Source of the DNA: Somniosus microcephalus
Taxonomy: Eukaryota
NCBI GenBank assembly: GCA_052327205.1
Contig: CM126207.1
Coordinates: 33,976,001 to 34,040,000, forward strand
Direction: 5' to 3'
DNA length: 64,000 bases
Shown here: piece after piece, positions 36,594 to 48,050 of the stretch
Position numbering within the stretch: the first letter of the stretch is position 1
Layout: each line of letters begins with the position of its first letter
Position numbers and translations under genes: made by a program
The notes under the pieces: model-generated
Told to the model about the DNA's origin: nothing
The model's input: the letters and a program-made list of their open reading frames with translations, nothing else
The model's database searches: none

Positions 36594-36800
36594 GGGTAGA
36601 TTTTCATTTTTACCGCTTGGGTGTTAAACCACACCTGGGTGGATTGCAGAGGGAACATTTAGCGGGGAGGATCGCAGGCCCCTGAAAGAACCTGCTGGAT
36701 TTTCCTTCCTTTCATATCAATCCTCCTCACCAGATTTTCCTTTCTGCACTCCATCCAGGTGATGGTTAAAGCCCAGGCAGTAAAGATTAACATCTACCCC
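36594..36800. mobile_element. Foldback MITE, about 205 bp
   Basis: The left arm GGGTAGATTTTCATTTTTACCGCTTGGG..CACCTGGGTGGATTGCAGA pairs with TCTGCACTCCATCCAGGTG..CCCAGGCAGTAAAGATTAACATCTACCC. Confidence 0.8.
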
Positions 36801-36831
36801 TCTTCTGGTACATTCTTGAATTCTTAGGGCA

Positions 36832-37535
36832 ACTCCACTAATACTTTACAATAGCAAAATACTGCGGATGCTGGAAATCTGAAATAACAACAGAAAATGC
36901 TGGAAACAACTCAGCAGGTCAGGCAGCATCGAGGAGAGAGAAACAGAGTCAATGTTTCGGGTCGAGGACCCTTCGTCAGAACTGGAAAAGGTTAGAGAAG
37001 AGAGATTTTACTAATACTTTGATCTATACATTGACATACTCTGAACATAAATGAATTTTAGTCCTCTCTATCCTGATATAGTTCCTTAACTGAAGAACAC
37101 TACAATTAATGCACCTGCAGGTAAATAATATTTCTTTACTTGTGCAGTAATAATGTTTCACACACCCGACATACTTAAGGATCCTCCGAATCACAGGATT
37201 CATCCACAACATGTCTTTACACATATAAATGGTGTGACACCACGTGCATGTACATACATTCACATTCGTAGTGTTAGTAGTGCTCCGAGATTGGGAACAG
37301 GAAGAAATATACAATTATTATAACAATCCTGGAACTGGTAGAATTGCATTAACAGAGTTGACCTGAAGTACTGACCTTGGTACCAAGGTAAGTATATAAG
37401 AACAGCATCAAAGACACCAATCATTCCACCCTAATTGTAGCATTCTTCAGTTAAGGAACTATATCAGGATAGAGCGGACTAAAAGTAATTTACATTCAGA
37501 GTATGTCAATGTATAGATCAAAGTATTAGTGGAGT
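36832..37535. repeat. Local inverted duplication, arms about 104 bp (36832-36847 plus 37021-37108 versus 37432-37535)
   Basis: ACTCCACTAATACTTTGATCTATACATTGACATACTCTGAA..TATCCTGATATAGTTCCTTAACTGAAGAA matches the reverse complement of the right arm with few differences. Confidence 0.92.
36848..37009 (-). mobile_element. 162-bp Penelope-like terminal fragment carrying a hammerhead motif
   Basis: Flanked by an 11-bp TSD ACTAATACTTT (36837-36847, 37010-37020). The minus strand reads CAGTT-CTGACGA-A-GGGTC ctc GACCC-GAAA-CATT-GACT at 36947-36984. Confidence 0.8.
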
Positions 37536-39229
37536 ATGCTGATGTATATATTGATGTACTAGCAGAGTGTCAATACTGTATATTGTCAGTGAATTGATGA
37601 ATTAACTACCCCAGAATTATTGTATATCAATGTTCCTTCAGTGTTTCTCACTAACACTGCAATATATACTTTGAGTGAGAAAATATCACTTTTTAACAGA
37701 TGTGTTTAAATCACCTGTTAATGACTGTATGTAGAATATGTTCATTCAGATCATACTATTAGTCCAACCCGTGTGATCGTTCTTGTTTTATCCTCTACTT
37801 AAAGTTGATTTTCTGTGGCCAACACATTAACCCATAGAGTACTGAGAGGTATTTCAGTGTTTGAAGTTTCATACAGGTCAATTTCATTTCCTATATCACC
37901 CAATGAAACCAGGTATCCATCAACGTTTAATATGAATTGTTACCAAATAAAATTGGAGAGATGTATGTAACATTTATTACTTGATGGTAACATTGAATTT
38001 AAAAAAAATCATGTTTCATTTTAGACCTGGATGTAAGAAATGTGACTGCAATATCAGAATGTTGTCCCCCTGCTGATCAAATCATTTCTTTCTATCTTCA
38101 GAAAGTTGTTGTTTTCAAAACAAATATGTAGCATCATCTGGGTGAAGTATAGTATGACCTTTCACTTTTACCCCCTACCCCCGCCTCCACCCCCCCTACT
38201 CTGGCTGACCTTGGGAATGGAGGCTAACTGCCCAGGTCTTGTGATGGATGTATCTGAAGATTCGTGTCTCTGACCTCAGACTGGGGCTCAGCTACTAGGG
38301 TCATTGAAGCTGCTTCCTGGCCCCAGGCTTATGTCATTAACTTCGCTGATTGCCTTGGCTTTTTCTAGCTCTTCTCCTCAATCCCATTATCTTCCAGTGC
38401 TCGGGGAATCCAGATGTTTCTTACAAGTGGGTTATAATTAATTAACAATGGTTAAAAATGAGTTAGAGTCCTTTTGTTGGGTCACATTTGTGCACTACAA
38501 GTCAAACCGGTATTTTCAACAAGTTTTACCTAGACTCTTTAAATATTAACACATCACAGACACAAATTGAAATATTGCTTTAAACATTATTGCTTTCAAA
38601 ATGGCAGAAACCAGATAAACATTGACCTGCTCCCAGGGTAGCATTCCAATAGACCAGACACTTCCTGTTCACTCCCATTGTACAGAATTCCCAAACCAAA
38701 CATAACAATTAAGTACAAACTCCTGGTCTAAGTGTAAAATATTCCCTAATTATTCTGGATTTAGTGCTCAGCCACAGTCAGTCTATTGCCAAATGTTTCC
38801 TAGAGACAGCACCATGTTATAGACATCTGCTTGGTCTGTACAATCTCTGCTTCTGTTCAGTGCTTTTTGTGTTACAATTGAATTGCTGAGTGAGTGATTA
38901 AATTGGCTGTTGGACAAAGATTTATAAACTAGTTATTTGTATCTGCAGTTTGTAGAAATCCTTATTCATGTATAAATTTCTACGATAGTCATGTTTTGTG
39001 GAACTGAATGATATTGCATTGGTGTGGGTTGTTGTGGGGGGGGGGGTGGAAATGATGCGGGGGCCGTATCAGCGGGATCAATAACTGTCTCTTCTCATCT
39101 GTGACCTGACCTGTGGTGGCATGTATGTGAAACCGATCCCATCAATTATAATTTAAACCAACCTATGAAATGGGGCAACCTGATACCTAATATAAACATA
39201 AAGGCTTCCAAACTAAGTCTCAAACTAGG

Positions 39230-40070
39230 AACTTCACACATTGAGAGCTGAGATCTTATTGAGAATTCAGACCTGTGGTAAGAGATTCACACATTGAGAA
39301 TGCAGACCTGTGGAAAGGGTTTCACACAACAATAACTTGCATTTATATAGCTCCTTTAAACACCTTTAACATAGTAAAATGTCCCAAGGCACATCACAGG
39401 AGCATTATCAAACAAAATTTGACACTGAGCCACATAAGATAATAGGGTGGATGACTAAAAGCTTGGCCAAACAGGTACGTTTTAAGGAGTGTCTTAAAGG
39501 AGGAGAGAGAGGCAGAGAGGTTTAGGAAGGGAATTCCAGAGCTTAGGACCTCAGCAGCTGTTGGCATGACCGCCAATGGTAGAGCGATTAAAATCGGGGA
39601 TGCGCAAGAAGCCAGAATTAGAGGAGCACAGAGATCTCGGAGGGTTGTGGCGCTAGAGGAGCTTAGAGATAGGGAGGGGGAGGATGTTAAAATTGAGGCA
39701 TTGCTAGACCGGCAGCCAGTGTAGGTCAGCGAGCACATAGGTGATGGGTGAACGGGACTTGGTGCGAGTTAGGATGCGGGCAGCAGAGTTTTGGATGAAC
39801 TCAAGTTTATGGAGGGTGGAAGATGGGTGGCTGGCCAGGAAAGCATTGAAATAGTTGAGTCTAAAGGTAACAAAGGCATGGATGAGGCACATTGAGAGCT
39901 CAACAAACCTGTGGTAAGTGATTCACACACTGAGAGCTCTGTCCAGTGGTACAAGATTGACACTTTTGAAATCTCAGTTTCGTGGTAGAGCTTCACCCAC
40001 AAGTGGCTCAGTCTCACAGTAGAAAATTCAGAAACTGAGAGCTCAGACCACAGTCGGAGGTTTACACATC
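39230..40070. repeat. Degenerate ~35-bp minisatellite split by an L2 insertion
   Basis: Units like CACACATTGAGAGCTCAGACCTGTGGTAAGAGATT occur on both sides of the L2 (39230-39326 and 39888-40070). Confidence 0.7.
39327..39887 (-). mobile_element. 5'-truncated L2 LINE
   Basis: The minus strand encodes LIHAFVTFRLNYFNAFLA..LEFIQNSAARILTRTKSRSPITYVLADLHWLPV..FKTLLKTYLF and carries the L2 tail. Confidence 0.92.
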
Positions 40071-40228
40071 AAGAACAGTATATAGTAAGAGAAGTGTTAT
40101 CAAATACAATTTAGTTCATTGTAATCCCAATGTGGCATGAACTGGATTACTCTTTAATGGAGATACTAACCACATAATTCCACAGGAGTAAACCAGATTA
40201 AGGTCTTCTCCATAGCATGGTATGGCCA

Positions 40229-42468
40229 TAGCCTGACATCAGTAGTAAGGAAAAAGCTAGAATCTATTATTAGGGATGTGATAACAGGGCACTTAGAAAA
40301 TCATAATATGATTGGACAGAGTCAACACGGATTTATGAAAGGGAAATCGTGATTGAGAAATCTGAGTTTTTTGAGGTTGTAACTAGCAGAGTAGGTAAGA
40401 GGATGTAGTGTATTTGGATTTTCATAAAGCTTTCAATAAGGTGCCATACAAGAGGGTATTACACAAAATTAGGGATCATGGGATTGGGGGAAATATATTA
40501 GTATGGATTGAGGATTGGTTAATGGAGAGAAAACAGAGAGTAGGAATAAACAGGTCATTTTCAGATTGGCAAGCTATAACTAGTGGGGTACCACAAGGAT
40601 CAGTGCTTGGGGTTCAGCTATTTACAATCTATATCAATGACTTAGATGAGGAGATCGAGTGTAATGTATCCACGTTTGCTGATGATACAAAGTTGGGTGG
40701 GAAAGTAAGCTGTGAGAAAGACACAAAGGGCTGGATTTTGCCGGTGCTCAGAGGGCGGGTTTGGAGGCGGGTCGAAGGGTAAAATTGTTTTGATTGAAGG
40801 CGGGTTGCGATCCTGCCATCAACACGCCTCCAAACAATTTTCCCAAGTGTTGGGCCCCCGATTTGCGCATGGACCCGACACCTAGTGGCGGGAAGAGGAT
40901 TAAAGGCAATTACCTGCCTATTAACAGGTAGCTGCTAGTAGTTGACAAGCTATTTTTGAATTTTGCCATTTCTACCTCGGGTTTCCCAATGTCTGTACAC
41001 CACGGCAGGTAAATGTGGCATATTGTGAGTCTGCTGTAATGTTTCTGGATTGATGACAGCTGCAGAAGTGGTGTGAAGGATCCTCTGGAGCACTGGTGAG
41101 TCTCAGAGGTAAAAAAATGTTGGGAAATGCATTTTTAATACAATTACACATTTCTTTAGGTTACAAGTTTTGAAATCCATGTCCAGTGCCAGCTCATTAG
41201 GAGAACCTCTCTCACCAGTGACAGATCGCTTCTGTCACCTCACCTGCAGCTGCCATCTATTCCAACCTATGGAGGGAGTCATGGGAGAGTCTGGGTGCAA
41301 GGGGTCACCTTTGTGCTGTGATTGTCAGTGTTTCCAGCACCTCAATGCTGTCAAACACTGAGAAATCATCTCTCAAAAAAAAAATTGTGCATGGTCCCTT
41401 TAAGGAAACCGGCATATGACACGTCATCAAATGACGTCATCAGACCGGCTTCCTCTTAATTGGCCGGCAAGCTCGTAGGGTGGGCTTAACAAGGCCAATC
41501 AATGTAAAATCACGTCTGTGGGCTGGATGCAGCTGGGGGCGGGACTGGAAGCCGGAAACCACTTGACCCGCACCCAACCAGCCTCCATTAATAAAATCGC
41601 GGCCAAAGAGTCTGCAAAGGGATATAGACAAGTTAAGTGAGTGGACAAAAACATGTCAGATGGAATATAATGTGGAGAAATTTGAAGTTATCCACTTTGG
41701 TAGGAAAAATAGAAAAGTAGAATATTTTTAAACGGTAAAATACTGGGAAATGTTGGTATTCAGAGGGATCTGGGTGTCCTTGTAAATGAATCACAGAAAG
41801 TTAACATGTAAGTACAACAAGCAATTAGAAAAGCAAATTGTATGTTGGCCTTTATTACAAAGGGATTGGAGTATAAGAGTAAAGAAGTCTTACTACAATT
41901 GTATAGGGCCTTGGTGAGACCACACCTGGAGTACTGTGTACAGTTTTGGTCTCCTGACCTGAGGAAGGATATACTTACTTTAGAGGGAATGCAACGAAGG
42001 TTCACGAGACTGATTCCTGGGATGGGGGGGGTTGTCCTATGAGGAGAGATTGAGTAGACTAGGCCTATTATCCCTAGAGTTTAGAAGAATGAGAGGTGAT
42101 CTCATTGAAACATATAAAATTCTTAAAGTGCTGGGAGGATGTTTCCCCTGGCTGGGGAGTCTAGAACCAGGGGTCACAGTCTCAGAATAAGGGTCGGCCA
42201 TTTAGGACTGAGATGAGGAGAAATGTCTTCACTCAAAGGGCTGTGAGTCTTTGGAATTCTCTACCCCAGAGACCTGTGGATGCTCAGTCGTTGAGTATAT
42301 TAAAGACAGAGATCGATAGATTTTTGAATATTAAGGGAATCAAGAGATATGGGGATAGTGCAGGAGGGTGGAGATGAGGTAGAAGATCAGCCATGATCTT
42401 ACTGAATGGCGGAGCAGGCTCAAAGGGCCGAATGGCCAACTCCTGCGCCTAGTTCTTATGTTCTTATG
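40229..42468 (+). mobile_element. 5'-truncated CR1 LINE with RT domain, interrupted by a MITE
   Basis: Translates as YLDFHKAFNKVP..SGVPQGSVLG.QLFTIYINDLD..FADDTKLGG, then LYRALVRPHLEYCVQFWSP. Ends in a TTCTTATGTTCTTATG tail. Confidence 0.95.
40728..41604. mobile_element. Non-autonomous Harbinger-type element nested in CR1
   Basis: Imperfect TIRs GGGCTGGATTTT / AAAATCGCGGCC with a 3-bp TSD AAA. Excision restores the CR1 sequence GACACAAAGAGTCTGCAAAGG. Confidence 0.88.
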
Positions 42469-44537
42469 ATATTGAATCTCTTTGAAGATTATTTACTAAT
42501 TTGTTATGTTTAATAGTAGTTATACAGACCCTGCTTGTTAATCTCAGGTTGCAGAGACTTCACACAGGACCATTCCATGACATAAGTTGCAGGGAGAGGC
42601 TCCATTCATTTCAATGGGAGCGGACTCTTTGGACCGATTTGTGAGCTGATCTAAAGTCACCCCAATCTGCAAAGCTTTCTCCTGGTTCAGTATGCAGCAA
42701 TAACCAAACTTTTTTGGATTACTTCACATTAGCTCCCAGACTGGCTTAAAGTGCTGGGCCCCATTGCAGCTTTGGAGACCTGTAACATTCTTCACTGAGT
42801 GAGGAAAAAAGCAGACTAGAAATGCAGTTCTACAGGAGGCTGCTTTAGAGGGATTTTCTGATGAGTAGCAAATCCTATATGTTACCTATTTGTTTCACAC
42901 TGAGATGGAGAGAAGCGTACTTGGAACAGATACTCCCCTCAGTTTTTCTCTTCCCTTTAAGAAAGCTTTTGTGATCCTGACAATTTCTCTAATGCTACTT
43001 GATGGCGCTCAATGTCAGAGATTTACAGAACATTTGTTTAGCCGATATATGGAAAAAAAAGATTTTAAAAGCGGTTAAATTCTTTCCTTCCTCAAAGGGT
43101 TCACAACAGATTCTGTATTTCCTTTTCAGAATAAATCCTATCTGGCACACAAATGAAAAACAAATGCATAACCATTGCTGGATAGGTAGCGTACATCACA
43201 GGATTGCGAAGTAGAGCCGTAGAACCCTTTTCAATTCCTCCATGATGTTTGTCATCAGGATTATTGATTTTTTTTCTCTCTCCGCATCCCATAAGCTGAG
43301 CAATTGTTAAACGGCAGAGAGCACTACAGTGATGTTTGTGCCGCGGTGATCAGCAGCTGCATTTGCAGAGTCTGGGGGCAGTTATTTTGTAAAAACACTG
43401 AGGCCGAGCTTCAGTGGATGCTGTGTGGCGTGTTTGGATAAGGCTGGCAGGTCGCAGCTTTGATTTTTGACAGTTGGAAGTCTAGAGGTAGAACAGCAGA
43501 AAGAGATAATGTGCGCTGTTGATCTCACGCGAGTTCATTACTTTTCTATTCGCCTCTTGTTCCCTCTCACTGATTACTCTGATCGTGGCATGGGAAAATG
43601 TCTGGGTGCAAGAGGTTATGGAGGAGACTGAACTTTTCACCCTGTGATGCGATCATTCATCACAGAGAATTGACAAAGCTCAGTGGGCCTTGGGCTCATC
43701 CTCTTATGAGAAAGCAGTCACATCTGGACAGTTAAACCTGTTGGACCTTAAATGTGAAGTAATTCCTGCACTGCTGAGCAATATCGCAGCCGCTGCAAGT
43801 TGCGTTTGAATTAATTTGGTACTTCAAAGATTTAACTGGGATATCAATGAATGGAGACTGCAGTCCACATCACAATGTGCTGCAGTACTGAGTGGCAGGA
43901 CATGGACTGACCCCTTGCATTCCACATCCACAAGGGTATAGGAGGGTACATTACAAAGCACATCACTTTCTATTTGAGGTGTTTTATTTAGTAATAATAA
44001 TTTCCCCTTTTCCACTCTCTTCTGTGCATGTCTTGTTCATTTTATTAGTATTATTAATTGAGGTAGGAGCACACGATGTGTGAATTTTAAGCTGCCTCAT
44101 TGTGCAATGGGTGCGAAGGTGCACATTCAGTGGTAGCCCGTGATCCCCAGAACAAAGAGTCTCTCCCTGATCCTGATCAGGCGGTTGGGGGAGGGGATCT
44201 GGAGGGTAGGTGGTGAACAAAGGGGTTGGAACTTAGTCACAGGAGGAAGGGAGGGAAACCCCAAGGCTGAGTCACCCTGGTCTGATGTGTGATCCTCCTA
44301 GAACAGTCGCAGAGAGGCATTACCATAAGCCTTTGAATGGGAGTGTATGTAACACAGAAGGAGGGGGATTGACATTACCCCCAAAATGGGTGGTGCCAAA
44401 TAACCAAAGGTTAGAGCAAGTTTATTTCTAACCTCAGATATAGCAACCTTTTGATAGTTTGAGATCTGTAGATACACTAACATGTTTTAGAGAATATCTA
44501 GATGTTTGTTAGAAGAGTACTTCAACATGTAGGGGCA

Positions 44538-45010
44538 TTTATTATCCTATATCTAACTCACTGGAAGCGGTCTATTATCCTGTATGTAACCCAATGGCAG
44601 CTGTCTATTTTTCTGTATGTAACTTACTGCAACTGATATCATATCCTATACGTAACGCATTAGCCATTGTCCGTTATCCTACACGCAACTCACTGACAGC
44701 TGTTTATTATTCCTATATCACTCACTGGAGCTGTCTCTGATCTTCTGTGCAGCTCAATAGGAGCTGACTATTACTCTGTATGTAATTCACTGTCTACTGT
44801 TTTATTATCCTAATATGTAACTCACTGACAGCTGTCTATTATCCCGTAAGTAACTCACTGGCAGTCATCTGTTATCATCTATGTAATTCAGTGCTGGCTG
44901 TTTATTATCATCTGCGTAACTCGCTGTTACTCATGTATTATCTTCTAGGTAAATCAGTGCCAGTCGTCCATTATCTTGTATATAACTCACTGTCAGCCAT
45001 CTACTATCTA
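44538..45010. repeat. Degenerate 33-bp minisatellite, about 14 copies
   Basis: Consensus TATTATCCTGTATGTAACTCACTGGCAGCTGTC. Confidence 0.85.
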
Positions 45011-45588
45011 TTAAAATTCAATGCTGTATTTCTATGCCACTAAAGGAATAAGGTTCTGTCCATCATCTCCACATGGTGTGTGAATACCACAGCCCTGCTA
45101 TAACACCCACTGGGGATCAAGCCTATTTCAAACTACATGGCACTACAATCAATAGTACTGAGCAGACTGAAGTGCACTGAGAACAACAGCAAAAAGTCAT
45201 TTAAAGTTTTTTCAAGTTTGTGCGATATTAAAATGGATTGTATTTACAGTGACTTTTTTATTTCTGCAATGCTCACACTCCAGACTGTCAATTATAATGT
45301 CATTGGAGCGGGGAATCTGCAATCATTTTGTCTTTTAACTAACTACAGGCAGGCAAGATGCCACACGATCTTCATGGATGTGGCTACATGGTTATGGGAG
45401 GGATAGGAAGATGAGGTGATGGGATGATTTCAGAAAAGCAGCAATTTCAGGTTTAAATAAATCTACTTTTAATCTTTACAAAAAGGAAGTTTACAGATAA
45501 TTAACAATTATCCTTGATGAATATTTGAAGTATGATTTTGGATAAAGGGCAGGGAAGGGTAATCTGTATGGTAATCAGTTAGAACATT

Positions 45589-46312
45589 GGGCTAAACGCC
45601 AGGGCGCTAAAAATAGCGCCTCGGAAAAATTAGCGCCCCCACGCCGGAAATGGAGTGGTTGCGCCCCAAGAGGGAAGCGGGGCGCTACTGGAAGCACCCC
45701 GCATCCCTCTTGGGGCACTGTGAGTCAATATTGCGGCGTTATGTGCCGCAGCGCCACACGCTGTGGCACGTCGCGCTGCGGTATTGCAGGCCTTCCTCCC
45801 CTTCTTAAAGGGGAGGGGCCTTGTGCAGTACGACCTGGGGCCCAGCTGGGCCCCCGGGGATCAGGAGTGCAGGCAAAAGAGCCCGGCACTCAAGAGAAAT
45901 GCCGGGCTCTTGGAGCGCAGCCGGCACTCCGCGGGGGGGTTCAGGGGGCCGGGGACGGGAGCGCAGGCAGGTGCTGGCAGGCGGCCAGCAACAAAAATGG
46001 CCACCCCACACCTCACCTTTAAATTGCGCCTCCCCGGCCGCAGGTACGTCCCCCTGACCCTGTCGGACATAACTTCCGGCGGTAAGTCAGGGGGCGCTCC
46101 CGAAGTTCATGGCCGGGGCGTGAGCAGGGCGTTGCTCACACCAATGACGTCATCGCCAGCAGCGCAGCGCTACCGGTTAACACCACCACTAACCTCCCGC
46201 TGAATTTTGCGGGAGATGTGGGCAGTGCCGCGCCCGGGCGCTAGTTGCGTTGCGTCCTGTTAGCGCCTCTTAAGGCGCTAATGGGAGGCGCAACCAACTG
46301 AATTTTTCCCCC
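45589..46312. mobile_element. GC-rich Harbinger-type MITE
   Basis: The right end is GAATTTTTCCCCC, with ATT on both flanks. Internal blocks are shared with 4511-5212 and 55651-55887. Confidence 0.8.
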
Positions 46313-46500
46313 ATTGTCTTTTTAACTCTTGGACCTTGGGTTTTAATCCATTTCAGGGTAATAACTTGAAAGTCTCTTTCTGCTGGATGTAATACTCTTA
46401 AGTGAAATTAGTTGGGCAGACTCGACCCAGTTTTAAGTGAGTGCAAGTCTACAACACACAAGCTTGTAATTCAAAATTAATTGGTACTAAATTGGCAGCC
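46313..46500 (+). mobile_element. LF-SINE-like fragment
   Basis: CTCTTGGACCTTGGGTTTTAATCCA..TGAAAGTCTC..GTGAAATTAGTTGGG..CCCAGTT..AATTGGTACTAAATTGGCA follows the recalled LF-SINE order. Confidence 0.55.
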
Positions 46501-46943
46501 TGCACTTCCAGCATTGATGTACTTCACCTTATAATGAGAATCACAACTTGCTTAAATTTAAAATGTGATTTTAAGAATGAGATTGGTTTCCAGTGTTTAG
46601 TACTGATATATTACAAATAATTGAGAAAATAACAATCTTAAAATAGCCTTAGAAATATCTGGAGAATCCTACAAAAAATGAGGAACTGTGAATTTAAAAA
46701 TAATTTTTTGTAATGTGCCATATAAGATCTGATAGGAACCTAAATGACAAGTTATGATGAAACTCTACTCAGAAGCAAAAGTAGTTTTTTTGATGTCATT
46801 TACTGCCAGTATCAATTACTATTCCTCTGAAAACTGCACTAATTTCACTTTTGGTGTCAAAACTATTTTTTACTTCCAATATTGTAATATTGTAATCCTA
46901 TCAGTAACAACTCCTATGTTAAAGTGTCCTATGCTAGGAATTT

Positions 46944-47531
46944 GGGCCAGGAGTTTCCGCTTTGGACACAATCGGCAATCCAGGCACAAATTGCACCCAA
47001 AATTGCGCTACTTTTCAGAAGTGTTTTTTTTTTGCTCAAGTTTCCATTCAAATTATTTACATATTGCTGAACATAAAATCTGCCCTGAACCAGCGCAATT
47101 GGGCAGCGTTTTACGACATAATTTCTTTAAAAAATTTTGGATTTAAAATATTCCTTGCTATATTTAAGAGTGGTAATCTGGTGCAGTTTTATTAATGCAG
47201 CTGAAAATGGGTTTATCACCAAAAAAAAGCCTTTTTAATCAGTGTCTAGTCTACCACCTGTGAGTAATGCAATTTTAAATAACTGAAAATGGCCTTAAAA
47301 AATAAACAGGACCAATTACTAGTTTCATTGGTGATTAATTTGATCTGAGGGCGTAGGCAGTTTTGTGGGCCGGGCAGACTTCCAGCGCGTTGTTTTTAAA
47401 ACTAGCGCAAAAGATCGCGGAAACTCGATTTGTGCTGGATGTAATTTGCGCTTGAAATTCCTCTAGTTTGGCCGATTTCAAGTGAATTGTGCTTGAAAAA
47501 ACCAGCACAACCTAGCAGAAACTCTAAGCCC
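46944..47531. mobile_element. MITE with GGGC..GAGTTTC.GCT terminal inverted repeats
   Basis: Ends are GGGCCAGGAGTTTCCGCT / AGCAGAAACTCTAAGCCC. The internal block TTTAAGAGTGGTAA..CAGCTGAAAATGGGTTTA recurs inverted near 61900-61960. Confidence 0.75.
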
Positions 47532-47711
47532 AATATTTATCTAACAAAGATGGTGTCATCTGAGATTTTAACTTCCTCTATAAAGATCAGCAACTCCCAT
47601 AAAACCATGTACAGTGTACTCCAAAGTTCAAAATGTTCCAGTATAATCCAGCTCCACAGGAAGTCTTGATCAGAGATTATAAAGACACACAGGTGCAGAT
47701 AGACATATAGG

Positions 47712-48050
47712 CCTTGACATTCAATGTGTTGCGTCAGTAAAATAGGCACCTAAGGGTCCAATGTGGCAGGTGGTGTGCATACGCTCATTCCACATCAGAA
47801 GTGGGCCGCCCACCATATTGGATCGGCCTACTCAGTAGGTGCCCAGGGTGTGTGCCTGAAATTACCGTTAGGCCCATTGTATTTGCGAATCATGGGCCTA
47901 GTAGCAGTTCCAGGCCCCTTTGTGAAATTGGTTTGCGACTGACCATAGCATGCGCTGTGCATGCTGCGGTCAATATTGTTTAGGTGCACATCAGCCATCC
48001 AGTGGTCCAGGCTGTCATCCAAAAGGTGAGTTTCAAGTTTTTTACCTACC
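47712..48050. mobile_element. MITE-like repeat related to 6115-6387
   Basis: Has reverse-complement similarity blocks to 6150-6350. Confidence 0.5.
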
